A stretch of DNA of 63,127 nucleotides, the filler included, from Reticulomyxa filosa (taxonomy: Eukaryota; Protista; Foraminifera), in assembly GCA_000512085.1 (NCBI GenBank). It is 15 parts of 15 records of this genome, joined end to end, with 100 filler letters (N's around TTAATTAATTAA, not from the genome) between each part and the next. Parts side by side here need not be neighbours in the genome. Positions count along the whole stretch, not along the records: positions 5,358 to 19,495 come from ASPP01008746.1; positions 19,596 to 24,615 come from ASPP01028957.1; positions 24,716 to 26,609 come from ASPP01034631.1; 12 more parts are not named here. One strand, written 5' to 3'. The translations under genes and the position numbers were made by a program. A model generated the notes under the pieces. The model was given only the letters and a program-made list of their open reading frames with translations, was not told where the DNA came from and ran no database searches. Positions 12,861 to 25,875 of the stretch are shown piece by piece. Positions within the stretch are counted from its first letter, which is position 1, and each line of letters opens with the position of its first letter.

Positions 12861-15800
12861 ATGAAACAACCCTGTGCGAAGGTGACTCGTTGGACTCCTA
12901 CATTTGTTGGCACTAGTAGTAATTTTTTGAATGTATTGCTGTTGATATGGCTGTTGGGCTGTTTTTATATAATTATTCTGTTTAGTGCTTTTCACTATGC
13001 TGACAATTGGATATTTCGATCAGAAGAGCAAAAACGTAATCATGAAATGTTATCTCCATTTCATAAGAATGTTAAAATGGAGGAAATTAAAATAGAGGAA
13101 GTTAAAATGACTGTAAAAGAATTGATTAAGCGAATATTGAATCGAGCAAATTTTGATTTAAGAGAAGAGTTAAACGAAAGTGTATTGTTAAAACATATAG
13201 ATGTATTTTTATCACAATTCGAGTTTGGGATAGTTGGAAGACAGTTGTGTCATAAGATAAATTCAAAAGGATGTTTTAAGATTAAAGTGAGAAATGATCG
13301 AATTGAAATTGTTGGAAGTGATATATTATCTACATGTGCTGGTGTTAATTATTATTTTATGCATTATTTGCATACATCAGTATCTTGGACTGGCGATAGT
13401 ACTTATCTATTGCTAAAAGATAATATAGTATGTTTACAAATATAATAATAAAAAAAAAGAGAACAATTAATTTTCGAGATTTACATATGTACTCAATTAT
13501 TCGAAATAGATATTTCCACGTCCATCGAAACCAGTTTACAGAGAGCGACAATATCGTTACGTATATTACAAGAATCCTTGTACAGACTCTTACACTATGC
13601 CTTGGTACTTTTTCCTGTTCATTATATTATATGTATATACATACATATATATATGTATACAATAAATAATACAAAAATATACATAAACGTATACAAGGTG
13701 GAAATGGGAGCGTTGGGAACAAGAATTAGATTGGATGGCATTGCATGGAATGAATATGCTACTTTTGCCAATGTCGAATGAGTATATTGAATACCGACTG
13801 TATACGGAAGAATATGGAATTGAGGGATGGAGGCTGAAAAACTACTTCACTGGACCCGCGTTTTTGGCGTGGTTTCGAATGGGTAATATTCATGGATGGC
13901 CACCACATCCTAATTCACATGAATTGTCATTGTCGCCACAATGGTTTCGCTTCCAAATCGACTTGATGCAACGTATTCTGAAACGATGTCGGGAACTTGA
14001 TATCCATGTCATTTTGCCTTGCTTTTCAGGACATGTGCCAAAAGCATTTGTTGACGAATTTCCGCAAGTGCATACCTTTCAAAGTTATCCATTCATTTCA
14101 ACTTAAAAAAAAAAAAGAGATGAAGAATAGATAGAAGCAACTCCATTTCTAAAATGTACACATGTTACCATACGTATGTGACTGTGGACTCTAGGTACGA
14201 TATGGTTTGGCTTCCCAGAGGAATACACCGAAACACTGTTTTTGGACCCAACTGATCCTGTGTATGTGGAATTAGGCCAGAAGTATGTATCAATGCAAAT
14301 GGAACTGTTTTCCGAACATTTTGAAGCAAGACATTTTAGTAATCAAGACAGCACGCATACAACGTATCCTATATTTTACTGGAGTGATCAATACAATGAA
14401 TTGTCTCCACCCACAGATGACTCCACGTATCTAAGGAATGCCGCACTGTTTCATTATCAAAGTATGCATTTTCTGCCCTCTCATGTGGTATGTCCATTAC
14501 TTGCAAATACAGCCAAGATTATCCATTTTTTCTTCCATTTCTCTTTACTTTGATGACGTATATATATATGTATATATGTATATATAAAGGTTTGATCGAT
14601 TATTTAACTAATTGATTGATTGTGCTGTGCAGACAACGGACAATGTAAAAGTGGTATGGGTGATGCAAGGCTGGTTGTTTGTGCATATGCAGTCGTTTTG
14701 GATGCAAGACGGACAAAGACCGATCAGGGCGTATTTATCTGGACTTGCCAAAGGTCAATTGCTGCTCTTGGATCTCATAGCCGAAAAACAGCACATTGCC
14801 AAAATGACAAGTGATTTTTTTGGACACGAATACATTTGGTGTTTTCTTCATAATTTCGGAGGCGATGTTGGCATGTCTGGCAACTTGCACAATTTGTTAA
14901 CAAAATTGAATGAACTCAATAGCCATGATCAGAGCGATAATGACAATGGACTTCTTACAGGTATTGGATTAGCGATGGAAGGTACCAATCAAAATGTGAT
15001 ATTGTACCACGCGCTTTTGTCCACTGTATATGTTGCGCCTCCACTTCAACTGGCCAAGTATCGCAAATGGTTTGTACAAAGTCGCTATGGTCGGGACATT
15101 TGGCAAATGGCCGCACACAATATTTCAGCTTTGTGGGAACAACTGATTTCGTTGATGTACGATACAAGTCCGAATTATTGGAGTGTCATCAAACCCGTTT
15201 ACGTCAGACATCCGACACTCCAAATTGTCCCTGATAACATTGTATCTTTGGCTACCATCACTGATGTGGAACAACTCCAATCAAGACACAGGCAAGCACT
15301 ACTATTTCAAAACAAATACAAACAAAAACACATTTTTTTGTTTTCATGTGTTTGACTTGTGTATATATGTTTTACTATCCCTTTTTCCCACCTTGCTGTA
15401 CAAGCAAATTCAATGGAGGATTTCAGCCCTTGTGGCCAGACTATCCCTTTCGAGACTTGAGGGCAGTGTACGACCAGTGGATGAAGTGGGTCCAAGTATG
15501 CTTGGAATCGGATTCGAAGGCAATGGCTCTGTTGAGTGAATCACCGACATTGGTGTATGATTTGATTGATATCACCAGGGAATTGCTAGGATATTGGTTT
15601 GGGGAGTTATATGTGTTGTATCGAGAACTGTGGACAAAACATAAACACAATGCTGCCCCATGCACACAATGCATTGCGGTGAGTTCCTCAATGTTGGACA
15701 TCTTGGATGACATTGACCAGCTCCTGTCCTATTGCAAATATCAACGGTTGGACGTGTGGATCAATGAAGCCATCAACTGCGTTCTCGAGGACAACCGCAC

Positions 15801-16161
15801 CACTAACGATGAATGGGTGCGATTCATGGAGTTTAATGCCAAAAATTTAATCACTCGATGGGGTCCAAATATAATTGCAGATTACGGGTCCAGACAATGG
15901 CATGGACTGGTTGGTGGCTATTACAAAAAAAGGTGGCAAATTTTTTTTGACAGGATGAACACAAATGCCACAACAAGACTATCTACGATAGAAATTAATC
16001 AAAAAATTCTGGCATTTGAATCTTCGTGGGAACAAAAGCAATTCATTTCGACAAACTCCTGGAGAAAGTATGATCAACATAATAATGCACTTTCCAATAT
16101 ACTCAGAGTTTCCAAAAAATATCAATCTCAGTTCATAAAATACTTTCCAAGTTTTAGTTAA
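12861..16161 (+). CDS. NAGLU: Alpha-N-acetylglucosaminidase (GH89), multi-exon
   Basis: N-terminal hydrophobic segment; RYVYYKNPCTDSYT, LDWMALHGMN, FTGPAFLAWFRMGN, LPCFSGHVP, catalytic SDQYNE and GLAMEGTNQN, WVMQGWLF, WCFLHNFGG, NAKNLITRWGP, DYGSRQWHGLVGGYYKKRW. Confidence 0.96.
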
Positions 16162-16261
16162 CAACAAATATTATTTACACTTTTTTAACAAATAAATTCT
16201 GCTATCAAATTTCTATCCAAAACTCATATGAATCTTCACTTTTATCAATGATTGCCACTTT
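14105..16261 (+). repeat. Left arm of a 2157-bp inverted duplication (partner 17339-19495)
   Basis: ORF track shows identical translations at mirror coordinates summing to 33600; identity ends at 16261/17339. Confidence 0.97.
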
Positions 16262-16690
16262 AATAAAAAAATGCATAAGAGCATTCAAGCAACAACAATA
16301 ACTTCAAAATAAAAAAATGCAATCTTTAAAAAAACTAAAATGTAAGTAGCTCTTTATAAACCAAAAAATTCTGTTAAAAAATGATTTAAATCTTTCAATA
16401 ATTATGAAAGGTTTAATAAAAAACAAAATCATATTTAAAACTACACAATACATATATTTAAAAAATTATGTTTTTTCATGAAGAAAATCGCTCATCTACA
16501 TAATGTGCCATTTTATGTGTTAATTTTTTTTACATTTTACTGTATATGATGATTTATGTATTTTTTAGTTTTCGAATGTATTATCAATTTTCAAGTATTT
16601 TTTAATGTAAAACATAAAATTCATGCATAATTCATCGTAATTCTCAATAATTTTTGTTAAAAATCAATGGGGGAAAAAATAATATTAGTG

Positions 16691-16793
16691 GTTTGTCAGT
16701 GATCCGAATCCTGTGCATGTAATCGGTAACTTTCGTAACCTGTTCATTACCGTAGCGGTTCATGCACTCCGAATTTGGTTACAAACTTTTTTT
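16691..16793 (+). ncRNA. Candidate ~100-nt structured RNA (long hairpin plus T7 tail; Y RNA/stem-bulge-like features)
   Basis: GC-richer island in a very AT-rich spacer. Nested pairings: GTTTGT/ACAAAC, GATCCGAAT/ATTTGGTT, GTGCATG/CATGCAC, CGGTAA/TTACCG, immediately followed by TTTTTTT. Confidence 0.45.
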
Positions 16794-17338
16794 AAATAAT
16801 ATTATATTTCAAAACTTGTGTATATTTATAATATTCTTAATACAATTTTTTTCTATTTGTTTTTATTTTTTCATTTTCATTTTAAAAAAAAGTTATTTAT
16901 ATAGGATGTCTTCAAGATTTGTCAAACATTAGTAATTGAAGGGTTTAAAGAAAAAAAACTAGTCGTTGAATTAATTATTTGTATATTCCTTAGGATAATG
17001 ACAAAAAAAAGCTGTCCTCACGACAAAATTGAGTGTGTTTGACCAAGTTTGAAAACGGTAGTCAAACGTCAAGTTGCAAGTTGTCTAGGTCAAAGCACGT
17101 GTGCGTCAAAAAAAATTCAGATGCAAGAAAGAGAAAAGCAATTAGTAAGCGGACACAATATAACATTGATTTAAACATAAATTCTCTTTTTGATGACACA
17201 AGTTCTAGATGCACACATACCAAACAAGTAGACAAGATGTAGTACAAATTAAATTAAAACAGTCATTTTGGAAAGACAGTAATGTTTTGGATCTACAGCA
17301 GATTGCTAGTCATACTATACTACATCGCGGCGATTAAC

Positions 17339-19495
17339 AAAGTGGCAATCATTGATAAAAGTGAAGATTCATATGAGTTTTGGATAGAAATTTGATAGCA
17401 GAATTTATTTGTTAAAAAAGTGTAAATAATATTTGTTGTTAACTAAAACTTGGAAAGTATTTTATGAACTGAGATTGATATTTTTTGGAAACTCTGAGTA
17501 TATTGGAAAGTGCATTATTATGTTGATCATACTTTCTCCAGGAGTTTGTCGAAATGAATTGCTTTTGTTCCCACGAAGATTCAAATGCCAGAATTTTTTG
17601 ATTAATTTCTATCGTAGATAGTCTTGTTGTGGCATTTGTGTTCATCCTGTCAAAAAAAATTTGCCACCTTTTTTTGTAATAGCCACCAACCAGTCCATGC
17701 CATTGTCTGGACCCGTAATCTGCAATTATATTTGGACCCCATCGAGTGATTAAATTTTTGGCATTAAACTCCATGAATCGCACCCATTCATCGTTAGTGG
17801 TGCGGTTGTCCTCGAGAACGCAGTTGATGGCTTCATTGATCCACACGTCCAACCGTTGATATTTGCAATAGGACAGGAGCTGGTCAATGTCATCCAAGAT
17901 GTCCAACATTGAGGAACTCACCGCAATGCATTGTGTGCATGGGGCAGCATTGTGTTTATGTTTTGTCCACAGTTCTCGATACAACACATATAACTCCCCA
18001 AACCAATATCCTAGCAATTCCCTGGTGATATCAATCAAATCATACACCAATGTCGGTGATTCACTCAACAGAGCCATTGCCTTCGAATCCGATTCCAAGC
18101 ATACTTGGACCCACTTCATCCACTGGTCGTACACTGCCCTCAAGTCTCGAAAGGGATAGTCTGGCCACAAGGGCTGAAATCCTCCATTGAATTTGCTTGT
18201 ACAGCAAGGTGGGAAAAAGGGATAGTAAAACATATATACACAAGTCAAACACATGAAAACAAAAAAATGTGTTTTTGTTTGTATTTGTTTTGAAATAGTA
18301 GTGCTTGCCTGTGTCTTGATTGGAGTTGTTCCACATCAGTGATGGTAGCCAAAGATACAATGTTATCAGGGACAATTTGGAGTGTCGGATGTCTGACGTA
18401 AACGGGTTTGATGACACTCCAATAATTCGGACTTGTATCGTACATCAACGAAATCAGTTGTTCCCACAAAGCTGAAATATTGTGTGCGGCCATTTGCCAA
18501 ATGTCCCGACCATAGCGACTTTGTACAAACCATTTGCGATACTTGGCCAGTTGAAGTGGAGGCGCAACATATACAGTGGACAAAAGCGCGTGGTACAATA
18601 TCACATTTTGATTGGTACCTTCCATCGCTAATCCAATACCTGTAAGAAGTCCATTGTCATTATCGCTCTGATCATGGCTATTGAGTTCATTCAATTTTGT
18701 TAACAAATTGTGCAAGTTGCCAGACATGCCAACATCGCCTCCGAAATTATGAAGAAAACACCAAATGTATTCGTGTCCAAAAAAATCACTTGTCATTTTG
18801 GCAATGTGCTGTTTTTCGGCTATGAGATCCAAGAGCAGCAATTGACCTTTGGCAAGTCCAGATAAATACGCCCTGATCGGTCTTTGTCCGTCTTGCATCC
18901 AAAACGACTGCATATGCACAAACAACCAGCCTTGCATCACCCATACCACTTTTACATTGTCCGTTGTCTGCACAGCACAATCAATCAATTAGTTAAATAA
19001 TCGATCAAACCTTTATATATACATATATACATATATATATACGTCATCAAAGTAAAGAGAAATGGAAGAAAAAATGGATAATCTTGGCTGTATTTGCAAG
19101 TAATGGACATACCACATGAGAGGGCAGAAAATGCATACTTTGATAATGAAACAGTGCGGCATTCCTTAGATACGTGGAGTCATCTGTGGGTGGAGACAAT
19201 TCATTGTATTGATCACTCCAGTAAAATATAGGATACGTTGTATGCGTGCTGTCTTGATTACTAAAATGTCTTGCTTCAAAATGTTCGGAAAACAGTTCCA
19301 TTTGCATTGATACATACTTCTGGCCTAATTCCACATACACAGGATCAGTTGGGTCCAAAAACAGTGTTTCGGTGTATTCCTCTGGGAAGCCAAACCATAT
19401 CGTACCTAGAGTCCACAGTCACATACGTATGGTAACATGTGTACATTTTAGAAATGGAGTTGCTTCTATCTATTCTTCATCTCTTTTTTTTTTTT
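17339..19495 (-). repeat. Right arm of the inverted duplication; runs to the contig end
   Basis: Reverse complement of 14105-16261, including intron microsatellites and a 12-nt homopolymer. Confidence 0.97.
17439..19495 (-). CDS. NAGLU: Second copy of the 3' part of the GH89 alpha-N-acetylglucosaminidase gene (5' part cut by contig end)
   Basis: ORFs 19047-19358, 18245-18988 and 17439-18254 are identical to 14242-14553, 14612-15355 and 15346-16161. Confidence 0.85.
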
Positions 19496-19595
19496 NNNNN
19501 NNNNNNNNNNNNNNNNNNNNNNNNNNNNNNNNNNNNNNNTTAATTAATTAANNNNNNNNNNNNNNNNNNNNNNNNNNNNNNNNNNNNNNNNNNNN
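19496..19595. other. Artificial contig spacer
   Basis: N44-TTAATTAATTAA-N44. Confidence 0.98.
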
Positions 19596-20478
19596 ACAAA
19601 AAAGAGAACATTATCAAATGATACAAAAACAAAGAATACAAAATAATAATAATAATAATAATAATAATAGTAATAGTAATGAATCACCACAATTAATTAA
19701 TTTGAAAATTGATTTAGATCCCATTCCTATTCATTTGATCTGTAAAAATCATTATAAAGTAAATGAGGATGGTATTGATAAAATTTATCAAAATATTCAA
19801 TTATTTCAAGATGAATATATTTATACTGAAAAAAATGAAACAACAGGACAAATTATTAGACAAAATTTAAATGATGGATTAATATTTACACCTGAGGAAT
19901 GTAATTATTTAATGGAAGCACCATTAATAACATCATCATCATCATTATCTTCTTCTTCTACTTTTGAACATGGTGTTTTAATGAAATGGAAACCACTTGG
20001 AAAAAATACCATTGATCTCAAAGTCAAAACACCATTCTTTTTTCGTAATCAATTACTTGCTTTTGCCAGCGTAAACAATGATGTTGATGCTTTATTTGCT
20101 CAATCATTCTTATCTTCTCCTCAACGATCTTTATTTGATTCTCTAAAAAAACAAATGGCTGATTTCCATTTTTCTCTTCATCGCTCTTCTTTTCTTCATT
20201 CTTTTATTATCGAGTTTGCTTGGGATTTTCCTTCTCAACAATGGATTCCTTTACACAATCGATTCGATAAACAAAAACCCAATTTTATTTACACTTGCAC
20301 TGATACTCTCACTGTTATGATGGACAATATCACACATCGTGATTTAAAACAAGCCTTTCGCTCTTCTTCTTTTATTCCGGCTTCTCTTCCGGCTCCTTCA
20401 TCTTTTTCTTCTTCTTCGTTAAAACAGCATCACCACCATCAAAAACAACAACCACACCAAAAACGACAACCTTTTTGA
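19596..20478 (+). CDS. mRNA capping enzyme guanylyltransferase, C-terminal part (5' truncated)
   Basis: Nucleotidyltransferase motifs IV (NDGLIFTP) and V (LMKWKP..NTID), OB-fold IIEFAW and motif VI (W..LHNRFDKQKPN), then NITHRDL. Confidence 0.9.
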
Positions 20479-21566
20479 CCTTTTTTCCCCTTATGCTGCT
20501 ACAATGTTTACATTTTCAATTGATTTAGTCTTTATATTTCAAAAAATGTCAACTTTCTAATTTTCTAAAAAAACGTTGAAATAAGAATTAAATGTTTTTT
20601 GTTTTTTCGTTGTTGAGTTAAACTTTTGTTTTTACAATAAAGCGATTTTCTCAAGTCAATATTGACGTTTGAATTGAATGGCAGTCAGTCCAAAGTTTCT
20701 TCATTACCAAAAATTTTTATTAATCTAAGAAATTGAAATCAGACCAGGATTTGTTTGTTTTTCTGTGTTAGCATTAATTTTTTCAAATAAATGAGGCTTA
20801 CTTTATCTGATTTCACATTTAGGTTGAAGAAATAAATGACAAAAGTGTAAACGCAATTTACTAGTCGTTTTTTAAGTACAAAATCAATAGTCATTTTTTA
20901 AAAAAAGTGCAATGCATGTGCAATTTTTCGGAACCACATCGTATATATTTATATTTTAAAATTTATTGTATTTTGTGATTTTGAAAAAATTACTACAGTT
21001 AAAGTGTACTTGATTAGATATATTTGTTCAATTTTTTTTTTTTAATATATAGTATATATAAACTGATGTACTATTCATTTTACATGAATCACACTTTTTA
21101 TTTTTGAAAAAATTATTTTTAGATTGATTTTTTATACTATAATACAAAAATTCTGAAATATTTTGTGGTTTTTGTTGAACAAAAACGAAGACAAATGTGG
21201 TATAATTTTGAGATGTTTTTGTTGTGGTATAACAAACAGAATTGCAGTATCAAGATATTAACTTTCAAGAAATAAAAATTAATGCATTGAATTTCAACAC
21301 ATATTTATGTTGTTCTCAGTTTTTACAATGAAAACTGATAACACTTTTGATTTTTTCAAAAAAATTAAACAAAATTTCAACGATTTGTATTCGTCATTCA
21401 AATTTTCTTCGAGCATTATCGACTTTTTTTTTAAGAAACGAATGTAAACAGGACATCTTCGTAAGTTAAAGAAGCAATCTTTGGATTTAAAAGAAAATTA
21501 GAATTGAATCAATGTTCTCTTTGATTTAACAAAAAATATACAAAAACGCTCTCGATTATCACGGTC

Positions 21567-22028
21567 TCAAGCTTGTTGTAGCAGCCCAACAATCCACGAG
21601 TGTTCTTCTTTCAATCCGGTGAAAGAAAAAAAAGATGACAGATTTTGATATCGTTGAACAAGATCAAACAAACAAGGAGTAGGTTGGACTTTAAGAAATG
21701 ATGAGGAAGAAGAGTCAGGAGAAGAATTTGAGCCATAATTTAACGAGGTCAAATTATCTCTATCTTTTCCTCGTTTGTAATTCATTGCAAAATGTAATTT
21801 TTTTAAGCAAATTGGACATGCCATTAAAGGTTGTTTGTCCAATTCTTCCAAATGGTTTGTTCCTTTCATCACGCATTGAAAATACACACAATGTTCAATT
21901 CCGAATGTATGTCCAATTTCATGCATCAACACTGTTAGGCAACGTCTTAAAAACAATGTGCGAAGTGCCTTATCAGAATTCAGCTCTTTCACAACAGTTT
22001 GTGCAGACACTATTTTGAAATCAAACAA
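21567..22028 (-). CDS. Archaemetzincin (peptidase M54) zinc-binding C-terminal half; N-terminal half not found
   Basis: LFLRRCLTVLMHEIGHTFGIEHCVYFQCVMKGTNHLEELDKQPLMACPICLKKL matches HExxHxxGxxHC-x4-CxM..CxxC; later LVQRYQNL. Confidence 0.85.
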   Translation of the reverse strand: MFDFKIVSAQTVVKELNSDKALRTLFLRRCLTVLMHEIGHTFGIEHCVYFQCVMKGTNHLEELDKQPLMACPICLKKLHFAMNYKRGKDRDNLTSLNYGSNSSPDSSSSSFLKVQPTPCLFDLVQRYQNLSSFFSFTGLKEEHSWIVGLLQQA

Positions 22029-22472
22029 ATCAAAAAGAGAAAAAAAAAGGAGTGGTAAAAGGCATCTACAAATGTTTGTGATATTAGTTACGTTTATGCA
22101 ATCTTATGATTCACCCCGAAATTGTACATAATCTTTAACGCGAGGCTTTCTAGATTTTTGAAGAACAAATCAGGCAATTACTAGAAAAGCCGTGAAGTTC
22201 AGTTTCGTTAATTCAAAAAAACTCTTATTGCAAAAAATTTCCATACAGAACTTTGTCATGGCGCAATCCACATCAACACCTTCCGATGAAGGAATGCCTC
22301 TCTCAACTTCCTATTTTTAGCTTTCTTTGTTTCCCTTCACCCTCTTTCCTTAAATTGCTGTTCCTCAAACTACTGTTTGAAAAACTGACTACAGCGTAGC
22401 AAAAATGCAAGCTTTTTTTTGTTGTTGACGTGTGTTAAACATAAAACCACAGACAACTTAAGTGTACAAATT

Positions 22473-24392
22473 ATGATTGGGCATTGTTCCAAACAAGGTG
22501 TGCGCCCAACCATGGAGGTATATACACCTTTTTATTGAGATGTTTATTTTGAAGAGATGTTGTATTCTCTTTTGCTCTCTTGTTTGATGTTTCTGTGTGT
22601 TCCCACCCTTTTTATATAACACCTCCCCTTTTGCAAAAAAAAACAAACAGGACCAAGTAGTAATAAATCCTGATTTCAAAGTAAAACAGGGAAAATGTTG
22701 TAGCGGGAATCTGTCGTTATTTTGTGTTTTTGGTACGGAAAAAATAGAAAAAAAAGGGTGTTGCATATATTTAATAACAATTTTTTTTGGAAAAAGTTCT
22801 ACAGACACACATATACGTATACTTGATTGTTGTTTCCTCCCCCCTTTTCTTTTTCTGCGTGTTCTAAAACTCGTAAACGTGGGTTGAAAATCAGATGGAC
22901 ATGGTGGTTCACAGTGCGCGGAATACTTGTCAAAGAATGCACAGCAAACTCTGATAAAGCATATAGAAAGTAGTGTTACAATGAATGATGCACTCCTTAA
23001 AGCACTGGAAGAATTAGACGACTCGTCAATGGAACAATGTGCGGATGGGAGTGGCAGCACAGGGGTAATGGTAATCATTGACAAACAATCGAACGACCTT
23101 TGGTGTGCCAACGTGGGCGATAGTCGTTGTGTGTTAGTTAAAGAAAATGGAGAAGTGACGCAGTTGTCGGTGGAACACAAGCCAACCGACTCGAATGAAC
23201 GCAAACGCATTGAAGATGCCAAAGGATGGGTCGCTTTTGGTCGAGTCATGGGAATTTTGGCTGTATCACGTTCCTTTGGAGACAAAGATTTTAAAACCCA
23301 TTTGAAAAATTTGGTTGTTTCTACGCCGTCAATTACTCATCGCCTTTTACAATGTGTGTTAAACAAAGGGCAGTAAACAAAACAGAAAAACAATATCAGC
23401 AAAAAACTGGGAAAAGGGGGGGGGGGACGGGGGAGAAAGAAAAAAAATACAAAACACACGCATATACAAACAAACGAAAAACAAAAATATAACATTGAAT
23501 TTTTTTTAAACTATTGGTATACCACATATAGCACATGACATATTTATTGTGTGCGCATGCGATGGTTTATTTGACGTGTTCAGCAATGAGGAAGTATCAA
23601 AGTTTATCCATATTGCACAAAAAGGTTTCCTGATCTTTCGTTGGACGCAGTTAGAATTTGTTGAAAAAAGAGGGAGAAGGAGGAGAGAGAGAAAAAAAAC
23701 AACAGCAACAACAAGAAGACCAATTAACATTGAAACAGTTTAAGTATTGTTTACTTGTTGAAACAAACACACAGTTGGCGAAAGATTTGGTAGTAGAAGC
23801 CATTAAAAATCGAAAATCAAGAGATAATGTATCGACCATTGTGCTGCGCCTGAATGTCAAATGGCCTTCACATACACCCAGTTTCGCGCTGAAAAGCCAA
23901 TTGAGCATTGACGCTACGAATAATACTAATGACACCACACCAACCGCTGAAGAAGCCAAACAAGACCAAAAAGAAAAAGAAGCGATGGATATATCACAGC
24001 AAAATAAAAAAGATAACCATGACAATCTAAAAACCCGTCATGATGTTTTGACTGAAAACGAGGCTTTTTCCTCGAAACAGACGAACAAGCCACAAAAACG
24101 ATTTTACACAGAAGACGACAGTGACAATGACGACAATGAAAACGAACACGAACACCACGAGCACGAACACGAAAATGAAGAGGAAAATGAAAACGAAAAC
24201 TTTAATGTGGTTGGAGATATTCCAATCACCCCGATGACTATTGACATCACACCTGGAACTTCGTTCCATTCCTCAGTTAGTAATACCACAACGGAACCTC
24301 ATAGTCACCACCAAGTTAGTGATAGTGAGTCGACTATTAGCCATCATGACAGTGACAACCAAAAAAGTGGTGTAAGCTTGCGAGTTACTTGA
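22473..24392 (+). CDS. Protein phosphatase 2C (PPM family) with an acidic/His-rich tail
   Basis: Spliced motifs QGVRPTME|D, VF|DGHGG, GSTG, ANVGDSRCVL, LSVEHKP, LAVSRSFGD, ACDGLFDV and SRDNVS; metal-binding Asp residues present. Confidence 0.95.
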
Positions 24393-24615
24393 ACCAAGGA
24401 AAAATCAATACAAAAGACAAAACCACAAACAAAAAAAACATAATAATAATGAAACCAATCAAACCATGTCTTCCCCTCTCCGCTCTTCAATGCTTGCAAT
24501 GTCAATTTTGTGTGTACGAAAAAAGAGAACTGAAAGGGGATGTTGAAACTGAAAAAAAAAGTGAGAAGAAAGAAAAATAACAACAATACCTGTCCAAGTG
24601 CTTTTTTTTTTTTTT

Positions 24616-24715
24616 NNNNNNNNNNNNNNNNNNNNNNNNNNNNNNNNNNNNNNNNNNNNTTAATTAATTAANNNNNNNNNNNNNNNNNNNNNNNNNNNNN
24701 NNNNNNNNNNNNNNN
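24616..24715. other. Artificial contig spacer
   Basis: N44-TTAATTAATTAA-N44. Confidence 0.98.
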
Positions 24716-25089
24716 CACAACAATCTGACCACCCAGTTAAAAAAATGTCTTTACAAAAATGAGCAACATAATGTGTTTTCCTTATATTAATTAGTGGGTG
24801 TTAAAAAAAAAAAAAAGAACCCAACAGCGACAGAAGTATCGATACATGTGGAAGTGGTGATGCAAGCAAACGAAGAGTACCCACTTGCAGACAACATTGA
24901 AGTGGAATTTGAACTAGAGAAAAAGGAAGGGTACAATCGGAAGAGGAATACATTGGAATAGTTGAATCGTTTGATTAATCACAACAGCAATTACAATGAT
25001 TATTATTATTATTATTATGGTTATTATAATAGCAATAAAAATTAGAACAATTTTTACTCGAGCAATTTGAGATTACAAACTACTCGCTC

Positions 25090-25370
25090 GAATCAGGCGT
25101 TTGCAATTGGAGTACGTCCGAATGTACAACACAAAGGTGCACATTAACTTAAATGAAAACGTCAGCACCGGTATGAACATCAAACATGAGACGATCGATT
25201 CAAGTGTCGACATATGGAGTGTATGCAAAAATGTTATCCTGTTGTAATTGCAAAAAAAAAAAACCAGTTTATATGCATTTCCAGCAGTTGGTCGGCGATG
25301 TTGCGTTTATATCTCTGAGTTCTGACTACGTACTCCGACGACAACTAAATATCAATGACTGGGACAAAGC
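25090..25370 (+). pseudogene. Decayed protein-kinase fragment (subdomain IX region, CMGC-like)
   Basis: IDSSVDIWSVC at 25194-25226, then KKP..F and DY...QL-like remnants in shifting frames. Confidence 0.35.
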
Positions 25371-25614
25371 CTCGTATGGCTTCAACCAACATATTCTTTA
25401 GTTACGGTTGCATTTTTTCACATTCACAAATCTACACCGCAGCCAGAATAAAACATTGCCCAATTTTTAATTTATAGTCGTGGATTTTGTAGTACAAGTA
25501 GTTATCTTCGCCTGGCTCGATAAAAAAACAAATTGAATAAACATCAAAAGAGACCAAACAAGACAACGAGATGAGATAGAAGTTGGCCAGAAAAAAAAAA
25601 AAGACAAACTATTT

Positions 25615-25875
25615 CCACTAGTTTAAAGTCACAACTTCATACAACGCCACTCCTTCATTGTCCAAGTTGAACAAATAAGATAGATATTACTGGATTTCGA
25701 CTCTTGTCATGATATACAATTCTTCATGATCGTGCAAGGCGATGTATTGTGAGAGGAGATTTCATGTGGAGTCGAATTATAAAATAATGAAAATATCCAA
25801 AGCTACTACTAGAACCTCGATCAAATGCATATACTCTGGCAACGTGGATTAGTGGCAATATCCTCATCAAACGCT
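25615..25875 (-). pseudogene. Decayed protein-kinase fragment (subdomains VIa-VII)
   Basis: Minus-strand remnants FDEDIA.., ALD, IVYHD, KSSNIYL and CDFKL in kinase order, with stops and frameshifts. Confidence 0.45.

Noticed and set aside
16691-16793. tRNA, TPP riboswitch or SECIS identity for the hairpin
   Set aside because: GATCCGAATCC only resembles a T-loop and no cloverleaf forms; the TPP CUGAGA motif is absent; the minus-strand AUGA..AA..GA spacing lacks a paired helix II.
17033-17242. Small ORFs in the palindrome spacer
   Set aside because: Short, no recognisable motif or splice partners.
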